A program made the position numbers and the translations under genes. A stretch of 64,000 bases of DNA. Origin: a virus. Below, one piece after another: positions 33,901-42,169 of this stretch. The DNA lies in IMG/VR virus record IMGVR_UViG_3300023440_000004, positions 1 through 64,000 of that record, one strand, 5' to 3'. Position 1 is the first letter of the stretch, and each line of letters begins with the position of its first letter. The notes below the pieces were generated by a model. It was not told the origin of the DNA. It saw nothing but the letters and a program-made list of their open reading frames with translations, and made no database searches.

Positions 33901-36900
33901 TCGCCCCGGCCTTGAAACGGGTGGATAAGATCCTCAAGCGTCTTGGGGATGATGGGATCGAAAACCTGTTGAATCGAGTGCCCGATGTTCCCAAAACCCC
34001 AGCGGCTACGGAAGGCCCGTCGCTCGAAGACCTGGCCGGAGAACTCGGTGTATCGCAGAAGGCCCGCAACGTTCTGGACGCGCTGATCCATCAGTTGTCC
34101 TTCGACGTCGAACTATCCGACACCGCCGAATGGGACAAGGCCGTAAGGACCGTGGCCCAGATGGTCGAGTCCGCCAAGCGAGACACTCCGGAAGCGCCTT
34201 ACGTGCTCGGGGTTCTCACGGCGCTCGGGCGTAGCTCTAACGAGCAAAAGGTCAAGTTCCTGTCCGATGTCGTCACCAACGGTATGCGGACGGAAACGGC
34301 CGACCACAAGCAGGCTAGGTTGGCCGCTGCCCGTGTAGCGCGCACGTTAAGGGAGTTGGCCACCGATCCCAAGTTGCTGCGGGCGGCGATGCGTATTCGG
34401 ACGTCCGACCTGACGTTGAACGAGTCGCTGCTGGATTTGCTGCTGAAGTTCTACGACCCGAATACGGAACCGGACGAACTGCCGGTCGACGCCCGCGCCA
34501 GGGCGATTCGGGCCACGGCGGAGATCGTTGGCGGCCGTCGGAGTGGTAAGGGCTCGCTCGATTTGAACAGCAGTCTGCGCGATCGGCTGGAAAGCCTGGC
34601 GTCCAATCCGCGATCGGATATCGGACGGAAGGCCGCACAAGTACTCCGCGTCGTCCGCTCCATGGCCAACCAGACTTTGAGTCGGGAACTGCACCCACAG
34701 GTCGATCCCTTCGAGGAATCGCCGGCGGCCACGCGCCCCATGGAGTCCGACGAAATCGGTACTGGCGAACTGAAACGCTCGGACGGGCCGGAAGGTGCCA
34801 CCGTCCAGGTTCGCAAGATGTCCCGTGACGTACCGGACCCGGAGGCCGCACCATTGTTGACCCGGCTGGCCGAAGCCTTCCGATCTAGAAAGCCGAGCGA
34901 GGTGCTCCGGGTCGCCAGCAACGATGGCTTCGTCCGGCTGCTTCACGAGGCCATGCTCTCGACGGAAACCATCCTGGTACCCGATCCTGCCGGCACGAAG
35001 AAGGAGGGCGGTGTCGAGTTCACCCCCGTGCTTCGAGCGCCTATTCTCCAGCGCGTGTATCGGGGCAAGAACACCCAAGAGGCCGCCGCTACCCGTAAGC
35101 TGGTACGTGCGCTGCTTGCCAGGCATGGCGCACTGGTACCTGAAAACACCAAGTACGTCCCGTTCGGGGCGATCAAGGTGCCCGGTATCGGTATCGTCAA
35201 GCCGTGGAAACTCCATAACATGGCGAAGTTGGTGGGTGAGTTCACATCCACGGTAGACGACGATGCCGAATTGCGAGCGCTCCAGAGTCTCATGGTGCTG
35301 GACCGTGTGCTGGCATTCGCGTCCGAGCCCGTCACCATCGACACGATCGCCGAGTCCGCTCCGGAAACGGTGTTGGCGGACCAGAATTCTTTCGACACCT
35401 TGCGGGCCAAGACGCTCGGAGAGCTGTACCACGGCATCGGATCGGCCTTGCATTTGCGGGCCAGGGCAGCGCAATGGCGGCGATTCAAGTCGGACAAGAT
35501 CACGCTGTCGCGGTTGGATAAGGAAGTGTTGAAGCATAGCGGGTACACGCCAAGCGGTGAGGGTACCGCCACGACCCGCGAAGGTAAGGAAGTCAAGATC
35601 ACCCAGGCCCTGATGACCAAGGTTTATCAGCGGGCCTATCACGATGCCACCGCATCGTACAAGGACCGGAAAGGTCGCCCGTTCCGAGGCTCGCTGGCCA
35701 GCACGATGGCGGAGGCCATGGACAACTACGCTCGGGGGCTCTATCGAAATCAGATAGAGCTAATGAAAGCTCAGGCTGAGAAAGGCAATCTTCGAGCCAA
35801 AGCTATTCTGGACGAGTGGCGCGCTTGGTACCGTGGTGGCCGTGGCGATCATCCCGTGTTCGCTGCTCTGGCACGGGCCGGCGTAGACATGTCCCCGAGC
35901 CTCAAGACGTCTGACATCGTGGAAGCTGAAAAGCGCCTGTTCGAATTGAAGCAGGCCGGCGATTTGCCCCCCGGTGTGTGGGAGTCCTATCGCACCGCCT
36001 TGAAAGACTGGTCCGAGCAACTGGATCCGATCGAGCGGTCGATGGATTACAAGGGCAGCGACCGTCTGAAGCGGTATCTCGGATACCGTCGGGCAGCCAA
36101 GTATTGGCGGGAGAAGGACCTGGAGACTTTCGTCAGGAACGCCGAGACGATGATCGCCCTGGACGACCCGTTGCGCGGCGATATGCCCGGATCAGCCGAC
36201 CAGCTCCGCCAGGCGATCGGGTTCGGGTACGAAGACTCGGTGGTGTCCGAGAAAGACCCGCTGTATATCGATAGGACTCGGGAGCAGGGGATCGTCACCT
36301 ACGTCCGTGGCGAGGAGTTTTACGACGCCACCGCACGATCCTACGTCGAATCCGTCGCCAAAGAGACGATAGCCCGGTCCAAGCTGGTATATCGGGCCAA
36401 GCAACGGCTTAAAGCCATCCCGACGTACAAGGAGATCGACGAGCAGCTTAGCGCTGCCAAAGACGAGCTTTCCAAGTACGAATCTGTCAGGGACGCGATC
36501 AAGCGGGACCTTTCGAAGCTGAAATCCAAGGTCGGCCCCGAGGTCCGGCGGCTTCGAGACGAGTTGGGCACCGAATTGGAGCGGGTGCTTACTGCTATCG
36601 ACGCCATGCGGGATCGCGTGGCTGAACTGGAACGTACGCGCCGACAACGGGCGTTTTGGGAATCGCTATCCAAAGGCCGCAAGGCACATCCGGCGCTGCC
36701 GTCGAGGTCCCAGGTCGCCATCGCCAAGCGTATCCTCGAACAGGGGCGGGATATGAGCCTCAAAGACTTGGGCTTGCTGGCCAAGGAAATGGGCGTCAAG
36801 GCCATCACGCCAGACCCGGAAATGAGAATCATTCTCATTTCCACGGGCGACGCTGCTACGACGGCCGCTCGGGAAGCCCGCTTGGTGAAGCTTGGGTTCT

Positions 36901-39900
36901 CGGAGGTCATCCCGATTTCCCAGAACGATCAGGAGTTCTCCAACAAATTCCTCTCGGCCGTGCGTACGGAGAAGCCTGTCATCGTCGTCGACTTCGACAA
37001 AACGATGAAGCGTGAAGAACTCGCCGCCATCATCCGGGAGCAGCGACCAATCCGAGCGAAACTTGCGAAGATGGACCGGGCCGCCCTGCGAGCGGCGAGA
37101 AAACTAGCTGCGAGCCAGTTGGCGATGTCGACACTGGACAAGCTGGTCGGCAATAAGCCGATCGGCGTCGCTATTCTCGACGATTTGGTCAGCGGATGGC
37201 GAGACGGGCGTGTCGATGCCGAGGAGGTGGCCTATGCCGTTATCGCAGATGATACTAAGGCGGCCGCCAAGCTCCGGGCGCGCTGGGGCAAAGCGCTGCG
37301 TGGCAGTCAGGCCGGCGTCAGGCTCGCCCGCATCTTCGACGTTGCCGACCGAATCAGACAGGTTCGGGCGCAGGTGGCTGAAGACGGCGGTTCGATCGAG
37401 CAGATCCGCGCGGCGGTCGAACGGGCGGCCAGCGTCGAAATTCGGTTTGCTTCCCAGGAAGAAGCGGAGGTCGCCAGGTCCGACGTGGCCGGTATCGTCC
37501 AGGCGTTCATTACCCGCGTTTTTTCGGACGCCTGGTTGAAATCCATCAACGTCGAATTCGTTTGGCCGGACGTCACCAAGGTTGGTGACGAATGGACGTT
37601 CACGGATAGCGAACAGTCTCGCGTTCTGTTCGAGTCCACGTTGGGGTCCGGCAGCAACTTTCTGGCGTTCTCCGTCAACCAGGACGGTGGTGTCCGAATC
37701 CACCTGTCGGCGAGATTCGTCAATAAGGTACTGGCGAACGGGAAAAGGCTCACCGCCTCCACTGCATATGCGCTTGTGCACGAGTTGGCCCATGCGTATG
37801 TCGATCGGATGGCAGACGCGAACGAGCCAGTGCGCTGGTGGCTGGAGGAGTTGAGTAAAGGGACGTTCGACTGGATGCGCGGTGGCGGGTTGGTCGGTAC
37901 TAGCGCTTGGGAGTCCCGGCTGGCCGCCCGGAAGAAACCCGGACGGAAGAAGGTGAACCATTACCTGGCGTTCGACGAGATGGCCGCCGATGCCATCGCG
38001 GCTTACGTGTTCGGCGCGGATGCCGAGGCGATCCCGCAGTGGGTCCGTGGTATCGACAACCTTTTCCGCGAGGACGCCTTCGAGCTCCTCCATACACTGA
38101 CGCAGCGGCAGGAGGCCGATGTCGCCGACGCGGCTACGGAAGCAACCATGGAAGCGAGCGAGGATACGCAGGACGCTGGCGTCGATGTCGGCCCCATGCC
38201 GTCCGGTGACATGTCCTTCGCGGATTGGGTCGCGGTGACCCGTGCTGGACAGTGGTATACCACCAAGTTCGTCGTCGGCTTGGCCACCCACCTGACCCGC
38301 GTGGTCGACAAGGATACCGCCAAGCTGCTGATGAACAACGCCACGCAGCCTAGGGTACTGTTCCAGCTACGCAAGTTCGTACAGGAAACCTATGCCGAAG
38401 CGCCGGACGTTCGAGACGCCCTACTGGAAAAGCTGAACGACAGTCCCGAGACGGCTGCCGCGCTGTGGGTACAGGCGCAGTTGCTCGGCGCCGGGGTCAC
38501 GGCGGTGTCTCCGAAGGCGTCGGTTCTCTATACCGGCTTCCAGAGGATCGTCGAGTCGCTGGGACGAATCCCTTCGGACAAGGCTGGCGATATGGCCGTG
38601 GAACTCTTGGCCGACCAGCTGACCCGCACGGATATCGGCACGTCGCACTTCTCACCCATCCGCTTGGATACCAAGCTTCGGGATCGGGTCCTTCAGCGCA
38701 TCGCCGGACGGGTCGAGTCGCTGATCGGCCCCATGGCTAAGAAGGCTAGGCTCCATGCCTGGTTCTTTACCGTCGCTGAGCGCTTGCACGGGTACAACAA
38801 CCCGCACATCAACGCGTTGGCTAGGCTGTTCACGACCGACAACAAGACGGGGCGAATCGGGGTGTTCTCCGAAGTCTCCCGTTTGCGTGGGCAGTACTTG
38901 ACCGAATACGACAGGATCGTCCGTGGGCTTAGTGCCGACCAGAAGCGCCGGATCTCCGAGGTTCTGTTGCGTTCGCAGCTATATGGCGACGATATCCATC
39001 AGGCCGGGCTTAGCCAGAAGGAGCTCGCTGCGGCGATCCGTCTGCGGCAGTTCTCCAAGACGGTGTACGACAACGTGGCCGAGTCTGGCGTGAACGTCGG
39101 TGATCGCCCGGACAATTACTTCCCCCTGATGTTCGACCTCGAATGGTTGATGGCTCACCGCAGCGAGCTGCGGGATATCCTGCTGGCTCATGCTCGGAAA
39201 GACGTCGAGGCGATCCTGAAAGAAACCAATAAAGCCAGAGCCCGCGCGGGTCGGGACCCGGTCAAGTCCGTCGAGGAAATGGCCGACACTATCGTCAGCG
39301 GGTTGCTGGCGGCGCATGGTCATGCCGACGACGCCAGCTTCGATATGCTGCCGGACGCCTATTCGCCACGCTTCATGTTCGGGTCGCGTCGGCTCATCAA
39401 CAAGCTATTGCTTTCGAAACCGGAGGTCGCTCGATTCGTCGAGACCGGCCTGTCCCGAGACTTGGACGCCATCATGGTCGCGTTTTCGTCTCAGGCCGGG
39501 CGACGGGAAGGCTTCGCCCGGATGCTCGGCCCCCGTGCCGAAAAGGTGCAGGAGCTGCTCACCAAGGCCCTTGAGCTGGAACCCGACCTTCCGGTAGACG
39601 AAATCATGCGGCTGTTGGACAGCCTATACGGTATCGGTGGGGCGCGTACCAACGAGGCGCTGCATCGTCTCCTCGGCAAGGAAGCTCCCGCCGGCGAGAC
39701 GATCAATCCGAAGCTCAGCTTCGCTACCAACCTGGCGAACGTCTATATCTACACGACCACGCTGGCGCTGGCCGCGCTGACGTCTTTTTCCGACGTCAGC
39801 GGTGTGATGGCTAGAATGAATGGAGACATGGATATCGCCTTCCGGGCACTGATGGACGGTATTCGTGGGGCGTTCGGCCGAGAATCCGGGCAACGCGCCA

Positions 39901-40805
39901 AGGACTTCGCCGAGACACTGGGTATCGTACAGTCGTCGACGCTGATTGAATTGCTCAATCGTTTCGATGCCGATACGCCTCAGCAACTCCCGAACCGTTT
40001 GGCGGCATTGTGGTTCCGGCTGACCTTCATGACCAAATGGGACCAAATCTCCCGCATCATGGCGGCATCGGCCGCTGAGCAATTCTTGATGCAAATACAC
40101 AACGGCAAAATTGCGGACGAGATGGCGTCCAGGTATTTGCAGGAGCTCGGCCTGACCCGCGACGACCTGGCTGCCGTCGCATCGGCTAACGGTAAGAAGA
40201 TCGAGCTTCTCACCCTGGACGAGATCGCCCGGCTTCGGGATACCGATCCGGCTCGGGTCGAGTTGGACCAGCGGATCAAGCAGGCTCTGGTCGAGGTGGC
40301 CGACAGTATGGTCGTGCGGCCCAACCCGGCTAACCGTCCCAGTTGGGCGAACGACGAACACTTCCGGCTGTTCTTCGCCCTCAAGAGCTTCGCCTACGCT
40401 TTCTTCCACCAAGTCGTGGCTCGGGCGTGGTACGAAGCGAAAGAGGGCAACTCGGTGGCACTGTTCACGCTGGTCGCCGTATCCGTTCCGATGACGATCA
40501 TGATCACGGCGATTCAGGACCTATTGAAAGGTTACGACGACACTGGGTGGCGGTTCGCCAAGTACGGGGTGTTCGGGTACACCTTGGACGCCTTCGGTAA
40601 AGCGGGTATATTAGGTCCGGCCGCGTTCCTCAACGACCTTGGCTCGGGGTGGGAATATGGCCTGTCGTCCGTGCTCGGTCCGTGGGTCAATACGGTCACG
40701 AACATCTACGAGGCCATGTTTGCGGGCGATCCTGAAGATAGGCTATCGGCGCAGCTTAGCCTGCTTCCGGGGGCGACGTTGATCCGCCCATGGGTTCTGT
40801 ATTGA
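30927..40805 (+). CDS. giant multidomain (polyvalent-type) virion or ejection protein, 3292 aa
   Basis: Single uninterrupted ORF. Gly/Ala-rich hydrophobic N-terminal segments. ASCH-like stretch TTFDEILAGRRTATTR...GQTVVF. QPQTQA and PKPQ tandem repeats. Zincin motif VHELAHAY (HELAH at 37779-37793). Predicted TM segments lie in the last 350 aa or so. Confidence 0.8.
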   Translation: MANNNQDRKRPFGVRDILQANLARDMMNYADPARRRALNQELAGDSDFALGVRAGLGRTIAGLQALTGFTGSAQDTLSTLETLPTPRVTDYRKIKSLSDAIDYIQGLAGSSAPQSLATLGALVANPALGLGVSAAMFGGENVLEQMQRGVAPEDLDRARALGTGAIQAIPDVIGAGVIAKSLRTIGRAARTGGVAKTIAKEAAKGAVGEGLPELFQEELTMRQASGLPGARELTPEEVARRRLDALIGGAALGTAMGGAAGVGHAAANALSARAVPEQPMSAGAGPEGGVGGQSATETVVPPEPPLGAQGPAAAPTPDVQVRPMAEGQAPKVMGMTYPMPKDLKVGKREDSTTFDEILAGRRTATTRATLPKGVEPGQTVVFTSGDGRKSGTYVVQDIIPSPLRPMFHKPLKEWTGEERKRAAEWARREQWNPFVIKKKAEAGDKAAQKLWDQVAGPRAKQIIFAPIEATQPATQPAAQQPAVKFRWKQHETRTVPSEFISAPLRKRVAPTGDSAHALFLGAETGAVTAAASKVKPGDTLYERTLPDGRVERLVVEDKAKKTAWLTEQMLNARTPKEQRAAVVEFLRTDKGAKVANRLGLNPKFVAKVRAGDRTAVDLAARMFNRHTALYKVRREIARQTQPQTQAHPQTQAQPQTQAQPQTQAQPQTQAQPQTQAQPQTQAQPQTQAQPQTQTTQGVARIVAAAKPPSRYVQKELTKARVATKILAPRIDREGADQSFAVRLAKAAPDEARVVPGSNADNVAKDDVVYISNPGASRFSDKAKAREYVQKYVVPTVKRIFAKGASIVMDSPEHANRTHNRETEGMLSNILENPDEAMRVFGGEVVRKDLGNGAVQYSLRPRRQAPKPPQPKPQPKPQPKPPAKPRPRARRRVTSAEAEASGVTVERIASDEPSAQTEPEPANNLVETLSSRATEYLRGISKAAVDRIINSVVSVEPDTKLESLIRQKTLPISREVATARLRALAQHLAEAELAPALKRVDKILKRLGDDGIENLLNRVPDVPKTPAATEGPSLEDLAGELGVSQKARNVLDALIHQLSFDVELSDTAEWDKAVRTVAQMVESAKRDTPEAPYVLGVLTALGRSSNEQKVKFLSDVVTNGMRTETADHKQARLAAARVARTLRELATDPKLLRAAMRIRTSDLTLNESLLDLLLKFYDPNTEPDELPVDARARAIRATAEIVGGRRSGKGSLDLNSSLRDRLESLASNPRSDIGRKAAQVLRVVRSMANQTLSRELHPQVDPFEESPAATRPMESDEIGTGELKRSDGPEGATVQVRKMSRDVPDPEAAPLLTRLAEAFRSRKPSEVLRVASNDGFVRLLHEAMLSTETILVPDPAGTKKEGGVEFTPVLRAPILQRVYRGKNTQEAAATRKLVRALLARHGALVPENTKYVPFGAIKVPGIGIVKPWKLHNMAKLVGEFTSTVDDDAELRALQSLMVLDRVLAFASEPVTIDTIAESAPETVLADQNSFDTLRAKTLGELYHGIGSALHLRARAAQWRRFKSDKITLSRLDKEVLKHSGYTPSGEGTATTREGKEVKITQALMTKVYQRAYHDATASYKDRKGRPFRGSLASTMAEAMDNYARGLYRNQIELMKAQAEKGNLRAKAILDEWRAWYRGGRGDHPVFAALARAGVDMSPSLKTSDIVEAEKRLFELKQAGDLPPGVWESYRTALKDWSEQLDPIERSMDYKGSDRLKRYLGYRRAAKYWREKDLETFVRNAETMIALDDPLRGDMPGSADQLRQAIGFGYEDSVVSEKDPLYIDRTREQGIVTYVRGEEFYDATARSYVESVAKETIARSKLVYRAKQRLKAIPTYKEIDEQLSAAKDELSKYESVRDAIKRDLSKLKSKVGPEVRRLRDELGTELERVLTAIDAMRDRVAELERTRRQRAFWESLSKGRKAHPALPSRSQVAIAKRILEQGRDMSLKDLGLLAKEMGVKAITPDPEMRIILISTGDAATTAAREARLVKLGFSEVIPISQNDQEFSNKFLSAVRTEKPVIVVDFDKTMKREELAAIIREQRPIRAKLAKMDRAALRAARKLAASQLAMSTLDKLVGNKPIGVAILDDLVSGWRDGRVDAEEVAYAVIADDTKAAAKLRARWGKALRGSQAGVRLARIFDVADRIRQVRAQVAEDGGSIEQIRAAVERAASVEIRFASQEEAEVARSDVAGIVQAFITRVFSDAWLKSINVEFVWPDVTKVGDEWTFTDSEQSRVLFESTLGSGSNFLAFSVNQDGGVRIHLSARFVNKVLANGKRLTASTAYALVHELAHAYVDRMADANEPVRWWLEELSKGTFDWMRGGGLVGTSAWESRLAARKKPGRKKVNHYLAFDEMAADAIAAYVFGADAEAIPQWVRGIDNLFREDAFELLHTLTQRQEADVADAATEATMEASEDTQDAGVDVGPMPSGDMSFADWVAVTRAGQWYTTKFVVGLATHLTRVVDKDTAKLLMNNATQPRVLFQLRKFVQETYAEAPDVRDALLEKLNDSPETAAALWVQAQLLGAGVTAVSPKASVLYTGFQRIVESLGRIPSDKAGDMAVELLADQLTRTDIGTSHFSPIRLDTKLRDRVLQRIAGRVESLIGPMAKKARLHAWFFTVAERLHGYNNPHINALARLFTTDNKTGRIGVFSEVSRLRGQYLTEYDRIVRGLSADQKRRISEVLLRSQLYGDDIHQAGLSQKELAAAIRLRQFSKTVYDNVAESGVNVGDRPDNYFPLMFDLEWLMAHRSELRDILLAHARKDVEAILKETNKARARAGRDPVKSVEEMADTIVSGLLAAHGHADDASFDMLPDAYSPRFMFGSRRLINKLLLSKPEVARFVETGLSRDLDAIMVAFSSQAGRREGFARMLGPRAEKVQELLTKALELEPDLPVDEIMRLLDSLYGIGGARTNEALHRLLGKEAPAGETINPKLSFATNLANVYIYTTTLALAALTSFSDVSGVMARMNGDMDIAFRALMDGIRGAFGRESGQRAKDFAETLGIVQSSTLIELLNRFDADTPQQLPNRLAALWFRLTFMTKWDQISRIMAASAAEQFLMQIHNGKIADEMASRYLQELGLTRDDLAAVASANGKKIELLTLDEIARLRDTDPARVELDQRIKQALVEVADSMVVRPNPANRPSWANDEHFRLFFALKSFAYAFFHQVVARAWYEAKEGNSVALFTLVAVSVPMTIMITAIQDLLKGYDDTGWRFAKYGVFGYTLDAFGKAGILGPAAFLNDLGSGWEYGLSSVLGPWVNTVTNIYEAMFAGDPEDRLSAQLSLLPGATLIRPWVLY
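32841..33008 (+). repeat. 18-bp tandem repeat (CAGACCCAGGCTCAGCCT) inside the giant gene
   Basis: Seven perfect copies from 32871 to 32996, plus degenerate flanking copies. It encodes (QPQTQA)n. Confidence 0.9.
33528..33575 (+). repeat. 12-bp tandem repeat (CCACAGCCCAAG), 3 perfect copies plus 1 variant
   Basis: Encodes PQPKPQPKPQPKPPAKP inside the giant gene. Confidence 0.85.
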
Positions 40806-40816
40806 TGGAGGTTACT

Positions 40817-41086
40817 ATGGAATTGAACGACAAAGCGCGTGAAGACATGTTGAAGGATACCGTCGTGGATATGATCATGCTAATCGCCACGACCGCCAAA
40901 GCACACCCGGAAACCGAGCAGGCTATGACCGTGCTCCGGGAAGCGTTGGGGCGTTTGCTGACGCTCACCGTCGGCCCTGAGTGGACGTCCCAGCATGAGG
41001 CCGACCTGGACACCCGGATAAAAGATGCTGTCGAGCGGCTTCGTAAAGCGGCATTGCAAGGGAGCGCCGATGTCAGTGCTGCATAA
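40817..41086 (+). CDS. hypothetical protein (89 aa)
   Basis: The ATG at 40817 has GGAGG 5 nt upstream. The in-frame ATG at 40805 (ATGA overlap with the giant gene) is an alternative start. Confidence 0.65.
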   Translation: MELNDKAREDMLKDTVVDMIMLIATTAKAHPETEQAMTVLREALGRLLTLTVGPEWTSQHEADLDTRIKDAVERLRKAALQGSADVSAA

Positions 41087-41390
41087 CTTCTTTGTTATCC
41101 ATAAAACACTTATAATCATGGCAGGGGCCGCCTTGCTAGGGCTGTTGACCGATTTCATTTCTCGGGCGCGCGACGGAAAAGTCAAGCCGCCTTTATGGCG
41201 GTCGTTCCTCTTGGACGCTCCGTCAGCGGCTTTGATGGGTATGATCGCTTATGGCGCCGGCTCTCACATCGGGCTCTCCGATGAAGCCCTGACGGCCCTA
41301 GTCGGCATTGCCGGACATATAGGCGGCCGTGGGCTTTACTTTTTGGAGCAGCTTGTATGGGAAACCGCAAAAAACAAAATCGGACGTTGA
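41070..41390 (+). CDS. holin (LydA-like, holin superfamily III pattern)
   Basis: 106 aa with AGGGAG RBS. Two or three hydrophobic segments (TLIIMAGAALLGLLTDFI, LLDAPSAALMGMIAYGAG). RARDGKVKPP...GLSDEALTALVGIAGHIGGRG resembles P1 LydA. It is adjacent to the amidase. Confidence 0.65.
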   Translation: MSVLHNFFVIHKTLIIMAGAALLGLLTDFISRARDGKVKPPLWRSFLLDAPSAALMGMIAYGAGSHIGLSDEALTALVGIAGHIGGRGLYFLEQLVWETAKNKIGR

Positions 41391-41536
41391 AGATCTTGCA
41401 TTGGGTCATCGCCGCACTTTCGGTCTCGGTATTGATGGCGGCCGCCATCGAGGCCGGACCGACCTGGGCAGCGGCGTTCTGGACGACAGCAGCCACGTTC
41501 GTCGTTTACGAGGTTCTTAAAGAGAGACGGACATGA
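41357..41536 (+). CDS. small membrane protein (59 aa, below cutoff); holin partner or antiholin candidate
   Basis: ATG 41357 with GGAG 8 nt upstream. MGNRKKQNRTLKILHWVIAALSVSVLMAAAIEAGPTWAAAFWTTAATFVVYEVLKERRT*. Overlaps the holin 3' end, and its stop overlaps the amidase ATG (ATGA). Confidence 0.55.
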   Translation: MGNRKKQNRTLKILHWVIAALSVSVLMAAAIEAGPTWAAAFWTTAATFVVYEVLKERRT

Positions 41537-42039
41537 GTACTTATCGTGACATCCGCAACATTCGTGGCGTGGTCGTACACTGCACGGCCACACAGAACCT
41601 TGAACCTGTTTCCATCTACTCGATCGACCTCTGGCACGCCAAACGAGGGTTCAGGCGGTCTCCGCAGATCAGTGATCTGTTCAACGATCATCTCAAAGCT
41701 TTTGGCTATCACTTCTTGATCCAGCCTGACGGGACGATCCAATCGGGGCGAGCTATCTGGGAGACGGGAGCGCATGCGAAAGGGTGGAACCGCTCCACCG
41801 TCGGAATTGCCCTCGCCGGTACGGACGCATTCACCGACGAAGCACTATCCCGTCTGTGGGAGGCGGTGACGTACCTCTCCCAGATCATCCCCCATGAACC
41901 CGTACCGTTCCTCTGCGGCCATCGGGACCTGCCCAACGTCCGTAAAATCTGCCCTGGGTTCGACGTTTGCAACACGGCTCCAGACTTCGTATTGGACCAT
42001 TATGTACCGTTCGACGAGGAAATCCACGGAAACCGATAA
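41533..42039 (+). CDS. N-acetylmuramoyl-L-alanine amidase (endolysin, T7-lysozyme/PGRP type)
   Basis: 168 aa. VVVHCTAT, WHAKRGF, GYHFLIQPDGTIQSGR, GAHAKGWNRSTVGIALAG, GHRDL...CPGFDV together form the canonical Amidase_2 motif set. Confidence 0.85.
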   Translation: MSTYRDIRNIRGVVVHCTATQNLEPVSIYSIDLWHAKRGFRRSPQISDLFNDHLKAFGYHFLIQPDGTIQSGRAIWETGAHAKGWNRSTVGIALAGTDAFTDEALSRLWEAVTYLSQIIPHEPVPFLCGHRDLPNVRKICPGFDVCNTAPDFVLDHYVPFDEEIHGNR

Positions 42040-42169
42040 GCTGCTTCGTGAGTATCGACCGAAAACGAAGCTTGGTGAGGTACTACTGGAGCTACGCCGG
42101 CGGTATATCGAGTCTGGCGGTAAACTCTTGACCGAAAAAGAATTGTTCGACGAGGAAATCCACCGATGA
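42002..42169 (+). CDS. small hypothetical protein (55 aa) sharing its last residues (FDEEIH) with the amidase
   Basis: Internal ATG of track ORF 41894..42169. MYRSTRKSTETDKLLREYRPKTKLGEVLLELRRRYIESGGKLLTEKELFDEEIHR*. Flanked by a 19-bp direct repeat (42009-42027 / 42145-42163). Stop overlaps the next ATG. Confidence 0.4.
   Translation: MYRSTRKSTETDKLLREYRPKTKLGEVLLELRRRYIESGGKLLTEKELFDEEIHR

Noticed and set aside
30927-40805. The giant ORF as an N4-like virion RNA polymerase, given its similar size and the N4-gp56-like capsid pattern.
   Set aside because: I could not find the T7-like RNAP motifs (T/DxxGR, motif A/C aspartates in an HDS-type context, motif B RxxxKxxxxxxYG) anywhere in the translation. 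It instead has HExxH, ASCH-like and C-terminal TM features. A profile search is needed to be sure.
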